Shown here in pieces: positions 58,785 through 64,000 of a DNA stretch of 64,000 nt; position 1 is the stretch's first letter, and every line of letters begins with the position of its first letter. The position numbers and the translations under genes were made by a program. Under the pieces are notes generated by a model that saw only the letters and a list, made by a program, of their open reading frames with translations, was not told the origin of the DNA and made no database searches. Source of the DNA: a virus; IMG/VR virus record IMGVR_UViG_3300035034_001742, positions 15,522 to 79,521 of that record; one strand, written 5' to 3'.

Positions 58785-58850
58785 TTCCTTTTCCTCTAGT
58801 TCTTAATACCATGTGTATATAATACGACTTAACGCGGTTGGTGTCAACCA

Positions 58851-59096
58851 TTAATTGCCTTGCGAACGGTGTAGCTCAACAACTGCCACTGCCGCCTTGT
58901 ACTTAGGGTGGCTCATGCCCTTTGCTAGATCATAAGGCATGCAAGCGTACTGACTTGGTGCTGGACCAAACTGGCAAATCAAATCGTTGGCTGGAGTCAT
59001 CCACACATCAAAGCCGCCCACTGTATCATAAAACTTACAGTTCTCTTCAGCTAACTTTGTGAGGTAAAGTGGTGTTGCTAGGTTACTGTTTGGCAT
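58851..59096 (-). CDS. Hypothetical protein
   Basis: Own promoter and GGGAAGAG leader. Confidence 0.7.
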   Translation of the reverse strand: MPNSNLATPLYLTKLAEENCKFYDTVGGFDVWMTPANDLICQFGPAPSQYACMPYDLAKGMSHPKYKAAVAVVELHRSQGN

Positions 59097-59174
59097 GTTG
59101 CTCTTCCCGTTTGCTTAGTATGTGTATATATTAACACAACTAGGAATGATTGCAACCTTTATTTGAATTTATTT

Positions 59175-59380
59175 AGAAGGGAAACGGAGTCCCGAAGGAC
59201 TCCTAACAGTTAGGATGGTAGCAACTCACTACCAGGAGATACACATGCAAGAGCACTTGCGGAGTATACGTTTCATGTAACAAGAGCGTGGCAATCAGCA
59301 TCTCGAGGCAAGGACAAGGAGAACACTTAACAACCAACAATGAGCCTCTGCCAAATGCCACGCTCTTGTTACATCTTACT
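59175..59380 (-). ncRNA. Candidate ~200-nt small RNA
   Basis: Promoter at 59387-59415; 19-bp perfect stem (59275-59293 / 59356-59374); 3' cUUCGg hairpin at 59186-59203; no minus-strand ORF in the track. Confidence 0.6.
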
Positions 59381-59583
59381 AGTTACATAATACTACAAAC
59401 CACGTACCATGTCAACCTTTTATTATACTTCATTCTAAACCACTTTAAAACTTCTACCTAGTACCAGTGCATGCCTAGCACCGCTTAGTATAAAAAGCTA
59501 AAACAGCACCTGCTTAGACTGCGTACTGCAACGCCTACAGCAGGCTGGTTATGCTAGACTTCATTCTAAGTACCTATCGTGGC

Positions 59584-59802
59584 CTACTTGGAACCCAAGC
59601 GCGTCTCTGCACGCTCCACGTAGTCATCTATCAGCGCACTTAATTCGCCACTGCTCATGGTTCTGCCAATTGACTTCTCAATCTCGCTTACCACTTTCAT
59701 AGGCGATATGATGATGCCATGGTTCTGTTTGTAAATAGAACCTGCCAAATTGAGCAAGTCGGTGTAATCTGGGTTGCGTTCGGTATAATGTTTGGTATCC
59801 AC
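59584..59802 (-). CDS. Hypothetical protein (paralog of 59852-60064)
   Basis: GAGGA SD, own promoter; E...GR.....E....[IV]D.[YF]..R motif. Confidence 0.7.
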   Translation of the reverse strand: MDTKHYTERNPDYTDLLNLAGSIYKQNHGIIISPMKVVSEIEKSIGRTMSSGELSALIDDYVERAETRLGSK

Positions 59803-59851
59803 TTGTAAGTCCTCATGTATATATTATACACTATTTACCAATGCTGTCAAC

Positions 59852-60064
59852 CTAAAACATATCGTAACTGCAACCCGACGAACCGACCTCGCGCTGGTAG
59901 TTGTCGTCTATACGCTTGCAAAAGGAATCTACTATCTCGCCAATCTCCTGACCTTCAAGCGGTCGTCCAACCACGCACTCCACTCTGTTCATCAGAGCTG
60001 ACATTGACGTAAGGTCGCTGTCGTAGCTATCGTTTGCCGCTTGTAATGTTTCTGTGATAGGCAT
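59852..60064 (-). CDS. Hypothetical protein
   Basis: GGAG SD; similar to 59584-59802. Confidence 0.65.
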   Translation of the reverse strand: MPITETLQAANDSYDSDLTSMSALMNRVECVVGRPLEGQEIGEIVDSFCKRIDDNYQREVGSSGCSYDMF

Positions 60065-60067
60065 GCC

Positions 60068-60268
60068 CTACTCCTCTAACATTTCTATTGTAACACGCAT
60101 TCGTCGCTGATTGCAATCGATGATATCGATTGTTTTCTTTGAGCTAAGGTAGTACCCTTCGTTGTGCAAGTCTAGTTTAACTCGACTGACATCGTGTACT
60201 ATTTCGTTGGTGCCTTCTGCAAATAAGTTGCGTATCTTGTGTGCTACGAAATCACAATAATCAAACAT
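60068..60268 (-). CDS. Hypothetical protein
   Basis: Own promoter. Confidence 0.65.
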   Translation of the reverse strand: MFDYCDFVAHKIRNLFAEGTNEIVHDVSRVKLDLHNEGYYLSSKKTIDIIDCNQRRMRVTIEMLEE

Positions 60269-60336
60269 TCTGTAAGCCTTATCTTGTTGTTAGTGTGTAT
60301 ATAATAGCACACACAGAAAGGATTGCAACCTTTTTT

Positions 60337-60543
60337 CTATTTTTCTTCTAACAAAAACACGCCAATTGGACTGCGGCCACCGTCGTTCATTTTGCGCACG
60401 TCACGTGGGCTACATCGGAATGTATTGCCCATGGTAGTGGTATAAACAATGTGGCCTAGGTTAACTTCAGTAACGGTGCCGTTTTCGATTGGATGCATGG
60501 CACCCCAGTTGCAAAGTAGCTTGGTACCAATTGCGATATCCAT
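60337..60543 (-). CDS. Hypothetical protein
   Basis: GAGGA SD, own promoter. Confidence 0.7.
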   Translation of the reverse strand: MDIAIGTKLLCNWGAMHPIENGTVTEVNLGHIVYTTTMGNTFRCSPRDVRKMNDGGRSPIGVFLLEEK

Positions 60544-60608
60544 GGTGTTCGTCCTCTATGTTGTGTTTCCTAACTGTGTGTACATTATATGACACGAGCT
60601 GACCAATG

Positions 60609-61034
60609 TCAACTCTTTTGTATCATTTGTTTTAGGCCTCCGAACACGTTGTTTGGCTGGTACTTGTTGCGTGCCTTGCGGGCTTGGATCTTGCGCGACT
60701 CTTCTTCTTTCCACGCTTTCTCTCGCTCTGCATCCACTCGCATGCTAGCATACAAGCCGTCAAGCTCAGCCTGTAGCTGTTCGATGGTTGCGTCCGTGTT
60801 ACAGGTGCCCGGACGTATGCCGTATATCTCTTTGAACATGTCTGAGATTTCGCCTTCTAACTGGATGCGTGTGTACTGCTCGATGTTGTTGGCACCCATG
60901 CGTATCCACAAATCAATATCGTCGCTGGGTGTAATGATCATTATTGCACCGTCTGCCTTTGCATCAGCAGTAAACTTTTCGTTCTCGGCGCGTATGTGTG
61001 CTAGTAATTCCAATTGCTGTGTGGTATAAATCAT
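60609..61034 (-). CDS. Phage hypothetical protein
   Basis: ISDMFKEIYGIRP motif; own promoter. Confidence 0.75.
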   Translation of the reverse strand: MIYTTQQLELLAHIRAENEKFTADAKADGAIMIITPSDDIDLWIRMGANNIEQYTRIQLEGEISDMFKEIYGIRPGTCNTDATIEQLQAELDGLYASMRVDAEREKAWKEEESRKIQARKARNKYQPNNVFGGLKQMIQKS

Positions 61035-61090
61035 TTTTTAATCCGTTTCCTTATTGTCTACGTACAGTATAAGGGGTTTGGATTCGATTG

Positions 61091-61564
61091 TCAACCTTTT
61101 AATGCATACATGGTAGCTTCTTGGTGTGTGAGAGGAATAGGGGAGAAGTCACCCGTTCGGTAGTTGCTAATGTAACCCACTATGCCGCCCATTTTGTCTA
61201 TGTATGCTTGCAGTACCGCCCTTGGCACACGCAAGTACACGCCGCCACCGTCACTGTACGGTTCTATTATTTGGTCCCGGCGAGTAGGAAATCCGCATTC
61301 GAACGAGTCATACATCCAGTACTCCAAATTCTTTCTTGGCTCGCAATAGTGGGTCTTACTAGCCTGGATTGATATTGAGTGGTGTCTATTTTTGTCTACT
61401 CCAACAGTACCCAGCGCAATACTTGGCGCCTGAGACATTCCTACCACGCGTTCGCTTGACCCGCGCCCATCTGCGGTTCGCCTTGTGTAATCAATACCAT
61501 TGGTGATCTCACGTGCCCGAGTGAGGTAAAATGGAAACGGTATCCTAGAAGTCTTTGTGTTCAT
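61091..61564 (-). CDS. Hypothetical protein
   Basis: SIQASKTHYCEPR motif; start moved to MNTKT (GAGGG SD). Confidence 0.65.
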   Translation of the reverse strand: MNTKTSRIPFPFYLTRAREITNGIDYTRRTADGRGSSERVVGMSQAPSIALGTVGVDKNRHHSISIQASKTHYCEPRKNLEYWMYDSFECGFPTRRDQIIEPYSDGGGVYLRVPRAVLQAYIDKMGGIVGYISNYRTGDFSPIPLTHQEATMYALKG

Positions 61565-62213
61565 CCCATCCCTCTTGTTGGCACTTGGCGGCAAGTCTTT
61601 CTTGCATGGTTGGCATGGCCACCTCACGTTCAGCAGTCCATTCTCTACTGCGACTTATCCTACCTGGTTGACGATTGTGATGCTTGTCCTTGCAGTTGCC
61701 CGAGCCCGTGTTAGAACAGAAGCGTGCGTTAGTGTGCGCAGTTGGCATCGGCTTCTCGCACTGAGCACAACGTTTGCCTTCGTAGTTTATGAAGATGTCC
61801 GTTATGCATTTGATTCCAGATCGTTCTTCGTGCATCCGTAGTACCGTGAGCAAGCGTTTCTTCTCGCAGGCCGGTGACCGCTGATGTTCTGTCATGCCAC
61901 ATCTTGCAACCCGCTTGCCACACTTGTCACATGAAACACGCTGGCTCGCCTCCTGCTTGTTTTTGGCTTGTGCTTGTTGCAATGTTGCTGCCGCTGCCGC
62001 CTGTGCCGCTTGCTGTTCGATGTAGAGTGTCCAAACTGGGCCTAGTGCAACTCTTGCGCGGCTTATGGCGCAGTCGCTGTCGTGCTGTTCGTTGTGTTCT
62101 TGATCGCGATCGCAATAGCGGCAGTAGGTGTACATGCGTCCGTCGTATTCGGAATCGTATGTGCTGTCTTGGCCTGTGGCTATGTGTAGCAAGATTTGCT
62201 GTGCGTCTGTCAT
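61545..62213 (-). CDS. Multi-zinc-finger-like protein
   Basis: Three CxxC modules (CRYC..H..C; CDKC..H..C; CAQC..FCSN..GNCKD); AGGAG SD. Confidence 0.7.
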   Translation of the reverse strand: MTDAQQILLHIATGQDSTYDSEYDGRMYTYCRYCDRDQEHNEQHDSDCAISRARVALGPVWTLYIEQQAAQAAAAATLQQAQAKNKQEASQRVSCDKCGKRVARCGMTEHQRSPACEKKRLLTVLRMHEERSGIKCITDIFINYEGKRCAQCEKPMPTAHTNARFCSNTGSGNCKDKHHNRQPGRISRSREWTAEREVAMPTMQERLAAKCQQEGWDEHKDF

Positions 62214-62284
62214 GTACTTCTCCTAACTGTTAAGTACATAATACGACAAAAGGTTGCAACGTGCAACCTTTATGTGGTTAATGG

Positions 62285-62623
62285 TTAGTCACGCGGTAGC
62301 CGTGTGCCACTGACTATTACCGTCATGACGTAGATCGATGCGACTATCCATAACAGTGCAAGTGCGATACCAGCTACAGTTGGTATGGGCGACGCCAGTA
62401 TAAAAATCACAACCACAATGGCGTCTAACATGTTCCACGCTATGTATTGCACTGAGTATTGGTCCCGGGCATCGCTTGCCTTGCTCATCATGCCTTCACG
62501 GTGTGTGGCTGTAACAAGAATCCCTAAAATGGCCAATGACGACATTATCACATAGATGGTCCAGCTCACCCACCCGCCCACAAGTATAAAGCTGTAGAAT
62601 GCCCACAATACTACATCACACAT
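62285..62623 (-). CDS. Membrane protein
   Basis: 3-4 hydrophobic segments. Confidence 0.55.
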   Translation of the reverse strand: MCDVVLWAFYSFILVGGWVSWTIYVIMSSLAILGILVTATHREGMMSKASDARDQYSVQYIAWNMLDAIVVVIFILASPIPTVAGIALALLWIVASIYVMTVIVSGTRLPRD

Positions 62624-62658
62624 GATGGTCTTGGTCAGTTTCTTTCGTTGTATATCAT

Positions 62659-63117
62659 TTATAATTGTGTTACCTTATCCGAAATGTTGTATGCTAGCCC
62701 TGGTAAGAAGCGATCGTTTGCGTCAAGATCAATCACTTTGTCGCGCAATTTGATCAACATCTTTGTGATGTTGTCAACCATTTTCTGTTCATCTCCGCGG
62801 AACTTGCGTGTCCGTATCTTCTCCGAGTCCATTGCATAGTATTGCTTGGTAGGCTTGAGTCTGTCAATTCTCATACGTGGCTCGCATTCGATCATGCAAT
62901 CCTTTTCTGAGATTATGAACACCACACCGAACGGGTCGTTGCCTGCGATGCGATTGGGCATTTCGTTGATGTCCCGACCCAAGTAAACGTGTATGAATTT
63001 GGTAGAGCCTCCCAAGGCCGAATCGCTAACTGTTATAGATGAGTCCGGAAATAGTTTCCAGAATGCACGCTTGATCTCTTCAAACATGTCTAGCTGTGGC
63101 TTAATTGATTCTTGCAT
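62659..63117 (-). CDS. Hypothetical protein
   Basis: Own promoter and GGGAAG leader. Confidence 0.75.
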   Translation of the reverse strand: MQESIKPQLDMFEEIKRAFWKLFPDSSITVSDSALGGSTKFIHVYLGRDINEMPNRIAGNDPFGVVFIISEKDCMIECEPRMRIDRLKPTKQYYAMDSEKIRTRKFRGDEQKMVDNITKMLIKLRDKVIDLDANDRFLPGLAYNISDKVTQL

Positions 63118-63191
63118 GCTGTTCTTCCCGTTTGCTTAGTGTGTGTATATAATACATGAGGAGCCAACGTTTGTCAACTACTCATTTGCAT

Positions 63192-63425
63192 TTAATAGCC
63201 CGCGTCGTCTGGCAAGTGATCGAAGCTGTTGGTTGGCATCATCAATGCATGACTCAGTGTTGCCTGAGGATACGCTGCCTGTGCTTCTTCGAGCGTGTCG
63301 AACGAATCAACAAACTTGACTTGCACTTGTCCGGCTAACACGCTGTGACGTGGGTAACGGCTGCCTGTGTCTTTGACCACGAAGTTACCGTTTTGGTTTA
63401 CTATGTTTAATACTTGCTTTGGCAT
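63192..63425 (-). CDS. Hypothetical protein
   Basis: Own promoter; FDTLEEAQAAYP motif. Confidence 0.7.
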   Translation of the reverse strand: MPKQVLNIVNQNGNFVVKDTGSRYPRHSVLAGQVQVKFVDSFDTLEEAQAAYPQATLSHALMMPTNSFDHLPDDAGY

Positions 63426-63440
63426 GTCTTTCTCTCTTTT

Positions 63441-63828
63441 TGTTAACTTGTGTGTATAATAGCATAACTAGAAATGAATGCAACCTTTATTCGCATATCA
63501 AGTTGGGATAAATGCCAATCAAGAACGTGACCATGTGTTCGTAGTTGGTGTTTTCATAAAGGTTATCACCTGTCCACTGGCCACCGTTTTTACAATATCC
63601 AGTTGCTGACCAAACTTGTCGTTCCTGATCTTCAAGCAACAGATAGTATGTGTCGGGGGTATCCAGCACAAATGGGTATTCGGTCATGCATGCATTATAA
63701 CCGTCTAGTTCCATTTGTCTTACTAGTGCGGCACTAGTAGATGGTGTAATTATTTTACTTGGGTGCATGTTGTTGCTCCTCGCTGTTAACTTGTGTATAT
63801 AATAGCACAACTAGAAATGAATGCAACC
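63441..63828 (+). repeat. 45-bp direct repeat (63441-63485 / 63784-63828; 43/45 identical) containing a promoter
   Basis: Direct comparison; flanks ORF 63487-63768. Confidence 0.9.
63487..63768 (-). CDS. Hypothetical protein
   Basis: AGGAG SD; start moved to MHPSK. Confidence 0.7.
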   Translation of the reverse strand: MHPSKIITPSTSAALVRQMELDGYNACMTEYPFVLDTPDTYYLLLEDQERQVWSATGYCKNGGQWTGDNLYENTNYEHMVTFLIGIYPNLICE

Positions 63829-63847
63829 ATTATCCGAGATTGAAGTC

Positions 63848-63902
63848 AAAAAAAAGCAGTTACCAATTGGAGCAGGTAACTGCCGTTAAGGCCCCGAAGG
63901 GC
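63848..63902 (-). terminator. UUCG hairpin followed by an intrinsic terminator
   Basis: GCCC-TTCG-GGGC (63891-63902), then GCAGTTACC...GGTAACTGC-T8 on the minus strand. Confidence 0.75.
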
Positions 63903-63917
63903 AGGGAGAGAAACTGT

Positions 63918-64000
63918 TTATAAAATTTCTAAGGTGCCAAATACTTTTTCCCAGCTATCAATAAACGCCTGGTCTATGTCAAAGCTGATGTAGTTGCGAC
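63918..64000 (-). CDS. 3' end of a CDS starting beyond the window
   Basis: ...RNYISFDIDQAFIDSWEKVFGTLEIL* immediately before the terminator. Confidence 0.45.
   Translation of the reverse strand, partial: RNYISFDIDQAFIDSWEKVFGTLEIL

Larger units (their letters stand above)
49727..63826. promoter_or_regulatory. Family of ~26 sigma70-like early promoters (TTGACA/TTGCAN/TAGACA/TTGTGT - N16-18 - TANNNT)
   Basis: Minus strand: 49727-49756, 50738-50765, 52780-52808, 53061-53088, 53428-53455, 53515-53542, 53774-53801, 54209-54237, 54506-54534, 55481-55508, 56007-56036, 56367-56395, 57505-57533, 58819-58847, 59128-59155, 59387-59415, 59823-59850, 60301-60328, 60584-60612, 61066-61094, 62238-62266, 63149-63177, 63456-63483, 63799-63826. 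Plus strand: 51006-51033, 51440-51467. Confidence 0.8.

Noticed and set aside
59186-59330. Plus-strand CsrB-like RNA (many GGA motifs)
   Set aside because: No plus-strand promoter found; the promoter and UUCG loop orientation favour the minus strand, though this is not excluded
1-64000. tRNA/rRNA genes, introns/inteins, homing endonucleases, transposases
   Set aside because: No recognisable signatures by eye; tRNAscan-SE, Infernal and HMM searches would be needed to exclude them

Overview
This window is part of a large T4-superfamily (jumbo-type) myophage genome. It has four blocks. (1) 1-1.6 kb, minus strand: a gp47-like recombination nuclease (partial) and a gp55-like late sigma factor. 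(2) 1.7-24.6 kb, plus strand: a baseplate/tail module (tube initiator, gp53-, gp27-, gp5-, gp25- and gp6-like proteins, a 3416-aa wedge protein, fibre/structural proteins) behind NATAAATA late promoters. (3) 24.7-45.3 kb, plus strand: a ~20-kb tailoring cluster with 3 GT-A glycosyltransferases, 6 radical-SAM enzymes, 4 GT10-like proteins, UDP-glucose dehydrogenase, an SDR epimerase/dehydratase, 2 2OG-Fe(II) oxygenases and an unannotated 37-aa Tyr-rich peptide. (4) 45.3-64 kb, mostly minus strand: an early/accessory region with ~26 sigma70-like promoters, many small ORFs, two PEP-CTERM-like proteins (suggesting an Alteromonadales-type host; inference), a TM-PAS protein and two candidate structured ncRNAs. 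The most striking signal is a ~1.28-kb island (49881-51159) with no GA, TC, GG or CC dinucleotide. It still carries promoters, a terminator and a 221-aa ORF lacking D, E, G, P and W. No tRNA, rRNA, CRISPR array or transposase was recognised. All product calls come from motif recognition by eye, not database searches.
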